Positions 35,001 through 51,200 of a stretch of 64,000 nucleotides of DNA are shown piece by piece. The notes under the pieces were generated by a model. The model searched no databases. It worked only from the letters and a program-made list of their open reading frames with translations, and was not told where the DNA came from. Numbering within the stretch: the first letter of the stretch is position 1; each line of letters opens with the position of its first letter. The DNA is from Bugula neritina (taxonomy: Eukaryota > Animalia > Bryozoa). The translations under genes were made by a program, and so were the position numbers. Location of the stretch: positions 15,374,795 to 15,438,794 of the forward strand of contig OZ037765.1 of assembly GCA_964035545.1 (NCBI GenBank). The letters are read 5' to 3'.

Positions 35001-37030
35001 ATACTGAAATACACTGTGACATACTGAAATACACTGCAACATACTGCAACATACTGCAACATACTGAAATACACTGCAACACATTGAAATAAACCGCAAC
35101 ATACCTAAGTATACGGTAATATACTGAAATATAATGTAACACATTGAAAAACATTGCAACATACTGAAACATGCTGTAGCACACTGAAATACACTGCAAC
35201 ATACTGAAATATAATGCAAGATACTGCAACATATAGAAATACACTGTGACATACTGAGACACACTGCAACATACTGCAACATACTGCAACATACTGAAAG
35301 ACACTGTAATATATTGAAATACACTGCAACACATTGAACTATACTGCAACACATTGAAATATACTGCAACATACTGAAACATGCTGTAGCATACTGAAAT
35401 ATACTGCAACACATTGAAGTATACTATAATATACAGAAATGTACTGTAACATACTGAAACATACGTCAACATACTGAAATGTACTGCAACATGCTGAACT
35501 ATACTGCAACATACTGAAATACACTGTAATATACTGAATTAAACTGCAACATACTGCAACATACTGAAATAAGCTGTAGCATACTGAAATACATTGCAGC
35601 ACACTGAAGCGTACTGTAATATACCACAACAAACCGAAATTTATGGCATACTGAGATATGTTGCAAACCAGTAAAATCTACTGCAACATACCAAAAAAGA
35701 CCTCAACTGCGCAAAATAATGAAATATACTGCAAAAATACTGAAATATACTGCAACAATTTAAAATTTACTGTATGATACTGAAATATACTGAAACACAC
35801 TGAAACATGCTGCAAGATACTGCAACATACTGAAATACACTGTAACATACTGAAATACACTGCAACATACTGCAACATACTGCAACATACTGAATTACAC
35901 TGTAACATATTGAAATACACTGCAATACATTGAAATCTACTGCAACACACTGAAACATACTGCAACATACTAAAATATACTGCAACATATCGAAGTATAT
36001 TGTAATATACGAACATGTACTGTAACATACTGAAACATACTGAAACATACTGAAATATACTTCAACATTCTGAAATGTACTGCAACATACTGCAACATAC
36101 CGAGATACACTGTAACATTCTCAAATACACTTCAACACATTGAAACAAACTGCAACATACCTAAATATACGGTAATATACTGAAATATACTGTAACACAT
36201 TGAAAAACACTGCAAGATACTGAAATATGCTGTAGCACAATGAAATCCACTGCAACATACTGAAACACACTGAAAAATAGTGAAATACACTGCAACATAC
36301 TGCAACATACTGAAATACACTGTAACCTAATGAAATACACAGCAACACACTACAACATACTGAAATACACTGTAACATTATGAATTACACTGCAACACAT
36401 TGAAATATACTGCAACATACCGAAATATATAGTAAACAACTGAAATATACTGCAAAAATACTGAAATATACTGTAACATACTGAAAGAAACTGCAACATA
36501 CTGAAATATACTGTAACACATTGAAAAAAACTGCAACATACTGAAATATACTGTAACGCACTGAAATATACTTGAAAGAAGTGAAATACACTGTAACATA
36601 TTGAAATACACTGTAACATACTGAAATATACTGCAGCACACTGCAACATACTGAAATATACTGTAACATACTGAAATACACTGCAACATACTACAACATA
36701 TTGAAATACACTGCAACACATTGAAATATACTGCAACACACTGAAACATACGGCAACATATTGAAATATACTGCAACACATTGAAATATACTGCAACATA
36801 CTGAACTATGCTGTAGCACACTGAAATACACTGCAACTCACTGAAATATGGTGTAATATACAGAAATGTACTGCAACATACTGAAATACTTTGAAATACA
36901 CTCGAACATATTGAAATACCTTACAACACATTGAAATATACTGCAACACACTGAAACATACAGCAACATACTGAAATATACTGCGACACATTAAGATGTA
37001 CTGCAACATAGTTAAATATAATGCAAGATA

Positions 37031-40000
37031 CTGCAACATACTGAAATACACTGTGACATAATGAAATACACTGCAACATACTGCAACATACTGCAACATA
37101 CTGAAAGACACTGTAACCTACTGAAATACACTGCAACACACTACAACATACTGAAATACACTGTAACATTATGAATTACACTGCAACACATTGAAATATA
37201 CTGCAACATACCGAAATATATGGTAAACAACTGATATATACTGCAAAAATACTGAAATATACTGTAACATACTGAAAGAAACTGCAACATACTGAAATAC
37301 ACTGTAACATACTGAAATACACTGTAACATACTGAAATACACTGCAACATACTACAACATATTGAAATACACTGCAACACCTTGAAATGTACCGCAACCT
37401 ACTGAAATATGCTGTAGCACACTGAAATACGCTGCAACTCACTAAAATATAAAGTAATATAGAGAAATGTACTGTAAAATACTGAAATATACTGTAACAT
37501 ACTGAAATATACTGCAACATACTGCAACATACTGAAATACACTGTAACATACTGAAATACACTGCAACATACTGAAAAACTTTGAAATACACTGGAACAT
37601 ATTGAAATACCTTACAACACATTGAAATATACTGCAACACACTGAAACATACAGTAACATACTGAAATATACTGTGACACATTGAGATATACTGCAACAT
37701 AGTTAAATATAATGCAAGATACTGCAACATACTGAAATACACTGTGACATACTGAAATACACTGCAACATACTGCAACATACTGTAACATACTGAAATAC
37801 ACTGCAACACATTGAAATAAACCGCAACATACCTAAGTATACGGTAATATACTGAAATATAATGTAACACATTGAAAAACATTGCAACATACTGAAACAT
37901 GCTGTAGCACACTGAAATACACTGCAACATACTGAAATATAATGCAAGATACTGCAACATGTAGAAATGCACTGTGACATACTGAGACACACTGCAACAT
38001 ACTGCAACATACTGCAACATACTGAAAGACACTGTAATATATTGAAATACACTGCAACACATTGAACTATACTGCAACACATTGAAATATACTGCAACCT
38101 ACTGAAACATGCTGTAGCATACTGAAATACACTGCAACACATTGAAGTATACTATAATATACAGAAATGTACTGTAACATACTGAAACATACGTCAACAT
38201 ACTGAAATGTACTGCAACATGCTGAACTATACTGCAACATACTGAAATACACTGTAATATACTGAATTAAACTGCAACATACTGAAATAAGCTGTAGCAT
38301 ACTGAAATACATTGCAGCACACTGAAGCGTACTGTAATATACCACAACAAACCGAAAATTATGGCATACTGAGATATGTTGCAAACTAGTAAAATCTACT
38401 GCAACATACCAAAGAAGACCTCAACTGTGCAAAATAATGAAATATACTGCAAAAATACTGAAATATACTGCAACAATTTAAAATTTACTGTATGATACTG
38501 AAATATACTGAAACACACTGAAACATGCTGCAAGATACTGCAACATACTGAAATACACTGTAACATACTGAAATACACTGCAACATACTGCAAAATACTG
38601 CAACATACTGAATTACACTGTAACATATTGAAATACACTGCAATACATTGAAATCTACTGCAACACACTGAAACATACTGCAACATACTAAAATATACTG
38701 CAACATATCGAACTATATTGTAATATACGAACATGTACTGTAACATACTGAAACATACTGAAACATGCTGAAATTTACTTCAACATTCTGAAATGTACTG
38801 CAACATACTGCAACATACCGAAATACACTGTAACATTCCCAAATAGACTTCAACACATTGAAACAAACTGCAACATACCTAAATATACGGTAATATACTG
38901 AAATATACTGTAACACATTGAAAAACACTGCAAGATACTGAAATATGCTGTAGCACAATGAAATGCACTACAACATACTGAAATACACTGTAACATTATG
39001 AATTACACTGCAACACATTGAAATATACTGCAACATACCGAAATATATAGTAAACAACTGAAATATACTGCAAAAATACTGAAATATACTGTAACATACT
39101 GAAAGAAACTGCAACATACTGAAATATACTGTAACACATTGAAAAAAACTGCAACATACTGAAATATACTGTAACGCACTGAAATATACTTGAAAGAACT
39201 GAAATACACTGTAACATATTGAAATACACTGTAACATACTGAAATATACTGCAGCACACTGCAACATACTGAAATACACTGTAACATACTGAAATACACT
39301 GCAACATACTACAACATATTGAAATACACTGCAACACACTGAAATACACTGCAACTCACTGAAATATGGTGTAATATACAGAAATGTACTGTAGAATGCT
39401 GAAATATACTGTAACATACTGAAATATACTGCAACATACTGCAACATACTGAAATACACTGTAACATACTGAAATACACTGCAACATACTGAAATACTTT
39501 GAAATACACTGGAACATATTGAAATACCTTACAACACATTGAAATATACTGCAACACACTGAAACATACAGCAACATACTGAAATATACTGCGACACATT
39601 AAGATATACTGCAACATAGTTAAATATAATGCAAGATACTGCAACATACTGAAATACACTGTGACATACTGAAATACACTGCAACATACTGCAACATACT
39701 GCAACATACTGAAAGACACTGTAACCTACTGAAATACACTGCAACACACTACAACATACTGAAATACACTGTAACATTATGAATTACACTGCAACACATT
39801 GAAATATACTGCAACATACCGAAATATATGGTAAACAACTGATATATACTGCAAAAATACTGAAATATACTGTAACATACTGAAAGAAACTGCAACATAC
39901 TGAAATACACTGTAACATACTGAAATACACTGTAACATACTGAAATACACTGCAACATACTACAACATATTGAAATACACTGCAACACCTTGAAATGTAC

Positions 40001-43000
40001 CGCAACCTACTGAAATATGCTGTAGCACACTGAAATACGCTGCAACTCACTAAAATATAAAGTAATATAGAGAAATGTACTGTAAAATACTGAAATATAC
40101 TGTAACATACTGAAATATACTGCAACATACTGCAACATACTGAAATACACTGTAACATACGGAAATACACTGCAACATACTGAAAAACTTTGAAATACAC
40201 TGGAACATATTGAAATACCTTACAACACATTGAAATATACTGCAACACACTGAAACATACAGTAACATACTGAAATATACTGCGACACATTGAGATATAC
40301 TGCAACATGGTTAAATATAATGCAAGATACTGCAACATACTGAAATACACTGCAACATACTGCAACATACTGTAACATACTGAAATACACTGCAACACAT
40401 TGAAATAAACCGCAACATACCTAAGTATACGGTAATATACTGAAATATAATGTAACACATTGAAAAACATTGCAACATACTGAAACATGCTGTAGCACAC
40501 TGAAATACACTGCAACATACTGAAATATAATGCAAGATACTGCAACATGTAGAAATGCACTGTGACATACTGAGACACACTGCAACATACTGCAACATAC
40601 TGCAACATACTGAAAGACACTGTAATATATTGAAATACACTGCAACACATTGAACTATACTGCAACACATTGAAATATACTGCAACCTACTGAAACATGC
40701 TGTAGCATACTGAAATACACTGCAACACATTGAAGTATACTATAATATACAGAAATGTACTGTAACATACTGAAATATACTGCAACATACTGCAACGTAC
40801 TGAAATACACTGTAACATACTGAAATACACTGCAACATACTGAAATACTTTGAAATACACTGGAACATATTGAAATACCTTACAACACATTGAAATATAC
40901 TGCAACACACTGAAACATACAGCAACATACTGAAATATACTGCGACACATTAAGATATACTGCAACATAGTTAAATATAATGCAAGATACTGCAACATAC
41001 TGAAATACACTGTGACATACTGAAATACACTGCAACATACTGCAACATACTGCAACATACTGAAAGACACTGTAACCTACTGAAATACACTGCAACACAC
41101 TACAACATACTGAAATACACTGTAACATTATGAATTACACTGCAACACATTGAAATATACTGCAACATACCGAAATATATGGTAAACAACTGATATATAC
41201 TGCAAAAATACTGAAATATACTGTAACATACTGAAAGAAACTGCAACATACTGAAATACACTGTAACATACTGAAATACACTGTAACATACTGAAATACA
41301 CTGCAACATACTACAACATATTGAAATACACTGCAACACCTTGAAATGTACCGCAACCTACTGAAATATGCTGTAGCACACTGAAATACGCTGCAACTCA
41401 CTAAAATATAAAGTAATATAGAGAAATGTACTGTAAAATACTGAAATATACTGTAACATACTGAAATATACTGCAACATACTGCAACATACTGCAACATA
41501 CTGAAATACACTGTAACATACGGAAATACACTGCAACATACTGAAAAACTTTGAAATACACTGGAACATATTGAAATACCTTACAACACATTGAAATATA
41601 CTGCAACACACTGAAACATACAGTAACATACTGAAATATACTGCGACACATTGAGATATACTGCAACATGGTTAAATATAATGCAAGATACTGCAACATA
41701 CTGAAATACACTGCAACATACTGCAACATACTGTAACATACTGAAATACACTGCAACACATTGAAATAAACCGCAACATACCTAAGTATACGGTAATATA
41801 CTGAAATATAATGTAACACATTGAAAAACATTGCAACATACTGAAACATGCTGTAGCACACTGAAATACACTGCAACATACTGAAATATAATGCAAGATA
41901 CTGCAACATGTAGAAATGCACTGTGACATACTGAGACACACTGCAACATACTGCAACATACTGCAACATACTGAAAGACACTGTAATATATTGAAATACA
42001 CTGCAACACATTGAACTATACTGCAACACATTGAAATATACTGCAACCTACTTAAACATGCTGTAGCATACTGAAATACACTGCAACACATTGAAGTATA
42101 CTATAATATACAGAAATGTACTGTAACATACTGAAACATACGTCAACATACTGAAATGTACTGCAACATGCTGAACTATACTGCAACATACTGAAATACA
42201 CTGTAATATACTGAATTAAACTGCAACATACTGAAATAAGCTGTAGCATACTGAAATACATTGCAGCACACTGAAGCGTACTGTAATATACCACAACAAA
42301 CCGAAATTTATGGCATACTGAGATATGCTGCAAACTAGTAAAATCTACTGCAACATACCAAAAAAGACCTCAACTGTGCAAAATAATGAAATATACTGCA
42401 AAAATACTGAAATATACTGCAACAATTTAAAATTTACTGTATGATACTGAAATATACTGAAACACACTGAAACATGCTGCAAGATACTGCAACATACTGA
42501 AATACACTGTAACATACTGAAATACACTGCAACATACTGCAAAATACTGCAACATACTGAATTACACTGTAACATATTGAAATACACTGCAATACATTGA
42601 AATCTACTGCAACACACTGAAACATACTGCAACATACTAAAATATACTGCAACATATCGAACTATATTGTAATATACGAACATGTACTGTAACATACTGA
42701 AACATACTGAAACATGCTGAAATATACTTCAACATTCTGAAATGTACTGCAACATACTGCAACATACCGAAATACACTGTAACATTCCCAAATACACTTC
42801 AACACATTGAAACAAACTGCAACATACCTAAATATACGGTAATATACTGAAATATACTGTAACACATTGAAAAACACTGCAAGATACTGAAATATGCTGT
42901 AGCACAATGAAATCCACTACAACATACTGAAATACACTGTAACATTATGAATTACACTGCAACACATTGAAATATACTGCAACATACCGAAATATATAGT

Positions 43001-43355
43001 AAACAACTGAAATATACTGCAAAAATACTGAAATATACTGTAACATACTGAAAGAAACTGCAACATACTGAAATATACTGTAACACATTGAAAAAAACTG
43101 CAACATACTTAAATATACTGTAACGCACTGAAATTTACTTGAAAGAAGTGAAATACACTGTAACATATTGAAATACACTGTAACATACTGAAATATACTG
43201 CAGCACACTGCAACATACTGAAATACACTGTAACATACTGAAATACACTGCAACATACTACAACATATTGAAATACACTGCAACACATTGAAATATACTG
43301 CAACACACTGAAACATACGGCAACATATTGAAATATACTGCAACACATTGAAATA
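37031..43355. repeat. ~6.3-kb near-identical duplicate of ~27075-33399 (offset 9956) within satellite A
   Basis: A constant +9956 offset holds for 27220/37176, 28440/38396, 29828/39784, 31179/41135, 32389/42345 and 32989/42945. The copies diverge at about 33400/43356. Confidence 0.88.
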
Positions 43356-45234
43356 AACCGCAACATACCTAAGTATACGGTAATATACTGAAATATAATG
43401 TAACACATTGAAAAACATTGCAACATACTGAAACATGCTGTAGCACACTGAAATACACTGCAACATACTGAAATATAATGCAAGATACTGCAACATGTAG
43501 AAATGCACTGTGACATACTGAGACACACTGCAACATACTGCAACATACTGCAACATACTGAAAGACACTGTAATATATTGAAATACACTGCAACACATTG
43601 AACTATACTGCAACACATTGAAATATACTGCAACCTACTGAAACATGCTGTAGCATACTGAAATACACTGCAACACATTGAAGTATACTATAATATACAG
43701 AAATGTACTGTAACATACTGAAACATACGTCAACATACTGAAATGTACTGCAACATGCTGAACTATACTGCAACATACTGAAATACACTGTAATATACTG
43801 AATTAAACTGCAACATACTGAAATAAGCTGTAGCATACTGAAATACATTGCAGCACACTGAAGCGTACTGTAATATACCACAACAAACCGAAATTTATGG
43901 CATACTGAGATATGTTGCAAACTAGTAAAATCTACTGCAACATACCAAAAAAGACCTCAACTGTGCAAAATAATGAAATATACTGCAAAAATACTGAAAT
44001 ATACTGCAACAATTTAAAATTTACTGTATGATACTGAAATATACTGAAACACACTGAAACATGCTGCAAGATACTGCAACATACTGAAATACACTGTAAC
44101 ATACTGAAATACACTGCAACATACTGAAATACTTTGAAATACACTGGAACATATTGAAATACCTTACAACACATTGAAATATACTGCAACACACTGAAAC
44201 ATACAGCAACATACTGAAATATACTGCGACACATTAAGATATACTGCAACATAGTTAAATATAATGCAAGATACTGCAACATACTGAAATACACTGTAAC
44301 ATACTGAAATATACTGCAACATACTGAAATATACTGTAACATACTGAAATATACTGCAACATACTGAAATACACTGTAACATACTAAAATATACTGCAAC
44401 ATACTGCAACATACTGAAATACACTGTAACATACTGAAATACACTGCAACACACTACAACATACTGAAATACACTGTAACATTATGAATTACACTGCAAC
44501 ACATTGAAATATACTGCAACATACCGAAATATATAGTAAACAACTGAAATATACTGCAAAAATACTGAAATATACTGTAACATACTGAAAGAAACTGCAA
44601 CATACTGAAATACACTGTAACATACTGAAATACACTGTAACATACTGAAATACACTGCAACATACTACAACATATTGGAATACACTGCAACACATTGAAA
44701 TATACCGCAACATACTGAAATATGCTGTAGCACACTGAAATACGCTGCAACTCACTAAAATATAAAGTAATATAGATAATTGTACTATAAAATACTGAAA
44801 TATACTGTAACATACTGAAATATACTGCAACATACTGCAACATGCTGAAATACACTGTAACATACTGAAATACACTGCAACATCTCGAAGTATATTGTAA
44901 AATACGGACATGTACTGTTACATACTGAAACATACTGAAATATACTGTAACATACTGAAACATACTGCAACATACTGAAATACACTGCAACACATTAAAA
45001 TATACTGGAACACACTGAAACATACAGCAACATACTGAAATATACTGCGGCACATTGAGATATACTGCGACATACTGAAATATGCTGTAGTATGCTGAAA
45101 TACACTGCAACACACTGAAGTATACTGTAAAATACAGAAATATACTGTAACATACTGAATTATCTGTCAACATACTGAAATGTACTGCAACATGCTGAAA
45201 TACACTGTAACATACTCAATTACACTGCAACAAA

Positions 45235-48200
45235 CTGCAACATGCTGAAATACGCTTTAACATATTGAAATACGCTCCAACACATTAAAAGATACTGCAA
45301 CATACTGAAACCTACGGCAACATACTGAAATATACTGCGACGCATTGAAATATACTGCAACATACTGAAATATGCTGTAGAATACTGAAATACACTGGAA
45401 CACACTGAAGTATACTGTAATATACAGAACTGTACTGTAACATACTGAAACATATGTCAACGTTCTGAAATATACTGCAACATGCTGAACGATTCTGCAA
45501 CATACTGAAATACACTGTAATATACTGAATTAAACTGCAACATACTGCAACATACTGAAATAAGCTGTAACATATTGAAATACACTGCAACACATTGTAA
45601 TATACTGCAACATACTGAATCATACGGCAACATACTGAAATATACTGCAACACATTGAAATATACTGCAACACACCGAAATATGCTGTAGCAGACGGAAA
45701 TACATTGCAGCACACTGAAGCGTACTGATACATACTGAAGCATACTGAAAAATACTTCAACATACTGAGATGTACTGCAACGTACTGCAACATACTGAAA
45801 CACACTGTAACATACTGAAATACACTGCACCACATTGAAACAAACTGCAACATACCTAAATATACTGCAACATACCGAAATATATGGTAAACAACTGAAA
45901 TATACTGCAAAAACACTGAAATATACTGTAACATACTGAAATACACTGTAACATACTGCAACATACTGCAACATACTGAAATACACTCTAACCTACTGAA
46001 ATACACTGCAACACACTACAACATACTGAAATACACTGTAACATTATGAATTACACTGCAACACATTGAAATATACTGCAACATACCGAAATATATGGTA
46101 AACAACTGAAATATACTGCAAAAGTACTGAAATATACTGTAACATACTGAAATACACTGTAACATACTGAAATACACTGCAACATACTACAACATATTGA
46201 AATACACTGCAACACCTTGAAATATACCGCAACATACTGAAATATGCTGTAGCACACTGAAATACGCTGCAACTCACTAAAATATAAAGTAATATAGAGA
46301 ATTGTACTGTAAAATACTGAAATATACTGTAACATACTGAAATATACTGCAACATACTGCAACATACTGAAATACACTGTAACATACTGAAATACACTGC
46401 AACATACTGCAACATACTGAAATACACTGGAACATTTTGAAATGCACTACAACACATTAAAATATACTGGAACACACTGAAACATACAGCAACATACTGA
46501 AATATACTGCGACACATTGAGATATACTGCAACATACTGAAATATGCTGTAGTATGCTGAAATACACTGCAACACACTGAGGTATACTGTAAAATACAGA
46601 AATATACTGTAACATACTGAAACATCTGTCAACATACTGAAATGTACTGCAACATGCTGAAATATACTGTAACGCACTGAAATATACTTGAAAGAACTGA
46701 AATACACTGTAACATATTGAAATACACTGCAACATACTACAACATATTGAAATACACTGCAACACATTGAAATATACTGCAACACATTGAAATATACCGC
46801 AACATACTGAACTATGCTGTAGCACACTGAAATACACTGCAACTCACTGAAATATGGTGTAATATACAGAAATGTACTGTAGAATGCTGAAATATACTGT
46901 AACATACTGAAATATACTGTAACATACTGAAATATACTGCAACACACTGCAACATACTGAAATACACTGTAACATACTGAAATACACTGCAACATACTAC
47001 AACATATTGAAATACACTGTAACATACTGAAATATACTGCAACACACTGCAACATACTGAAATACACTGTACCATACTGAAATACACTGCAACACACTGA
47101 AATATGGTGTAATATACAGAAATGTACTGTAGAATGCTGAAATATACTGTAACATACTGAAATATACTGCAACATACTGCAACATTCTGAAATACACTGT
47201 AACATACTGAAATACACTGCAACATACTGAAATATACTGTAACACATTGAAAAAAACTGCAACATACTGAAATATACTGTAACGCACTGAAATATACTTG
47301 AAAGAACTGAAATATACTGTAACATACTGAAATATATTGCAACATACTGCAACATACTGAAATACACTGTAATATACTGAAATACACTGCAACATACTGA
47401 AATACTTTGAAATACACTGGAACATATTGAAATACCTTACAACACATTGAAATATACTGCAACACACTGAAACATACAGCAACATACTGAAATATACTGC
47501 GACACATTAAGATATACTGCAACATAGTTAAATATAATGCAAGATACTGCAACATACTGAAATACACTGTAACATACTGAAATATACTGCAACATACTGA
47601 AATATACTGTAACATACTGAAATATACTGCAACATACTGAAATACACTGTAACATACTGAAATATACTGCAACATACTGCAACATACTGAAATACACTGT
47701 AACATACTGAAATACACTGCAACACACTACAACATACTGAAATACACTGTAACATTATGAATTACACTGCAACACATTGAAATATACTGCAACATACCGA
47801 AATATATAGTAAACAACTGAAATATACTGCAAAAATACTGAAATATACTGTAACATACTGAAAGAAACTGCAACATACTGAAATACACTGTAACATACTG
47901 AAATACACTGTAACATACTGAAATACACTGCAACATACTACAACATATTGAAATACACTGCAACACATTGAAATATACCGCAACATACTGAAATATGCTG
48001 TAGCACACTGAAATACGCTGCAACTCACTAAAATATAAAGTAATATAGATAATTGTACTGTAAAATACTGAAATATACTGTAACATACTGAAATATACTG
48101 CAACATACTGCAACATGCTGAAATACACTGTAACATACTGAAATACACTGCAACATCTCGAAGTATATTGTAAAATACGGACATGTACTGTTACATACTG

Positions 48201-51200
48201 AAACATACTGAAATATCTTGTAACATACTGAAATATACTGCAACATACTGAAATACACTGCAACACATTAAAATATACTGGAACACACTGAAACATACAG
48301 CAACATACTGAAATATACTGCGACACATTGAGATATACTGCGACATACTGAAATATGCTGTAGTATGCTGAAATACACTGCAACACACTGAAGTATACTG
48401 TAAAATACAGAAATATACTGTAACATACTGAATTATCTGTCAACATACTGAAATGTACTGCAACATGCTGAAATACGCTTTAACATATTGAAATACGCTC
48501 CAACACATTAAAAGATACTGCAACATACTGAAAGCTACGGCAACATACTGAAATATACTGCGACGCATTGAAATATACTGCAACATACTGAAATATGCTG
48601 TAGAATACTGAAATACACTGCAACACACTGAAGTATACTGTAATATACAGAACTGTACTGTAACATACTGAAACATACGTCAACGTACTGAAATATACTG
48701 CAACATGCTGAACGATTCTGCAACATACTGAAATACACTGTAATATACTGAATTAAACTGCAACATACTGCAACATACTGAAATAAGCTGTAACATATTG
48801 AAATACACTGCAACACATTGTAATATACTGCAACATACTGAATCATACGGCAACATACTGAAATATACTGCAACACATTGAAATATACTGCAACACACCG
48901 AAATATGCTGTAGCAGACGGAAATACATTGCAGCACACTGAAGCGTACTGATACATACTGAAGCATACTGGAAAATACTTCAACATACTGAGATGTACTG
49001 CAACGTACTGCAACATACTGAAACACACTGTAACATACTGAAATACACTGCACCACATTGAAACAAACTGCAACATACCTAAATATACTGCAACATACCG
49101 AAATATATGGTAAACAACTGAAATATACTGCAAAAATACTGAAATATACTGTAACATACTGAAAGAAACTGCAACATACTGAAATACACTGTAACATACT
49201 GAAATACACTGTAACATACTGCAACATACTACAACATACTGAAATACACTGTAACATTATGAATTACACTGCAACATATTGAAATATTCTGCAACATACC
49301 GAAATATATGGTAAACAACTAAAATATACTGCAAAAATACTGAAATATACTGTAACATACTGAAATACACTGTAACATACTGAAATATACTGCAGCACAC
49401 TGCAACATACTGAAATACACTGTAACATACTGAAATACACTGCAACATACTACAACATATTGAAATACACTGCAACACATTGAAATATACTGCAACACAC
49501 TGAAACATACGGCAACACATTGAAATATACTGCAACACATTGAAATATACCGCAACATACTGAACTATGCTGTAGCACACTGAAATACACTGCAACTCAC
49601 TGAAATATGGTGTAATATACAGAAATGTACTGTAGAATGCTGAAATATACTGTAACATACTGAAATATACTGCAACATACTGCAACAGTCTGAAATACAC
49701 TGTAACATACTGAAATACACTGCAACATACTGAAATATACTGTAACACATTGAAAAAAACTGCAACATACTGAAATATACTGTAACGCACTGAAATATAC
49801 TTGAAAGAACTGAAATATACTGTAACATACTGAAATATATTGCAACATACTGCAACACACTGAAATACACTGTAACATACTGAAATACACTGCAACATAC
49901 TGAAATACTTTGAAATACACTGGAACATATTGAAATACCTTACAACACATTGAAATATACTGCAACACACTGAAACATACAGCAACATACTGAAATATAC
50001 TGCGACACATTAAGATATACTGCAACATAGTTAAATATAATGCAAGATACTGCAACATACTGAAATACACTGTAACATACTGAAATATACTGCAACATAC
50101 TGAAATATACTGTAACATACTGAAATATACTGCAACATACTGAAATACACTGTAACATACTGAAATATACTGCAACATACTGCAACATACTGAAATACAC
50201 TGTAACATACTGAAATACACTGCAACACACTACAACATACTGAAATACACTGTAACATTATGAATTACACTGCAACACATTGAAATATACTGCAACATAC
50301 CGAAATATATAGTAAACAACTGAAATATACTGCAAAAATACTGAAATATACTGTAACATACTGAAAGAAACTGCAACATACTGAAATACACTGTAACATA
50401 CTGAAATACACTGTAACATACTGAAATACACTGCAACATACTACAACATATTGAAATACACTGCAACACATTGAAATATACCGCAACATACTGAAATATG
50501 CTGTAGCACACTGAAATACGCTGCAACTCACTAAAATATAAAGTAATATAGATAATTGTACTGTAAAATACTGAAATATACTGTAACATACTGAAATATA
50601 CTGCAACATACTGCAACATGCTGAAATACACTGTAACATACTGAAATACACTGCAACATCTCGAAGTATATTGTAAAATACGGACATGTACTGTTACATA
50701 CTGAAACATACTGAAATATACTGTAACATACTGAAATATACTGCAACATACTGAAATACACTGCAACACATTAAAATATACTGGAACACACTGAAACATA
50801 CAGCAACATACTGAAATATACTGCGACACATTGAGATATACTGCGACATACTGAAATATGCTGTAGTATGCTGAAATACACTGCAACACACTGAAGTATA
50901 CTGTAAAATACAGAAATATACTGTAACATACTGAATTATCTGTCAACATACTGAAATGTACTGCAACATGCTGAAATACGCTTTAACATATTGAAATACG
51001 CTCCAACACATTAAAAGATACTGCAACATACTGAAACCTACGGCAACATACTGAAATATACTGCGACGCATTGAAATATACTGCAACATACTGAAATATG
51101 CTGTAGAATACTGAAATACACTGGAACACACTGAAGTATACTGTAATATACAGAACTGTACTGTAACATACTGAAACATATGTCAACGTTCTGAAATATA

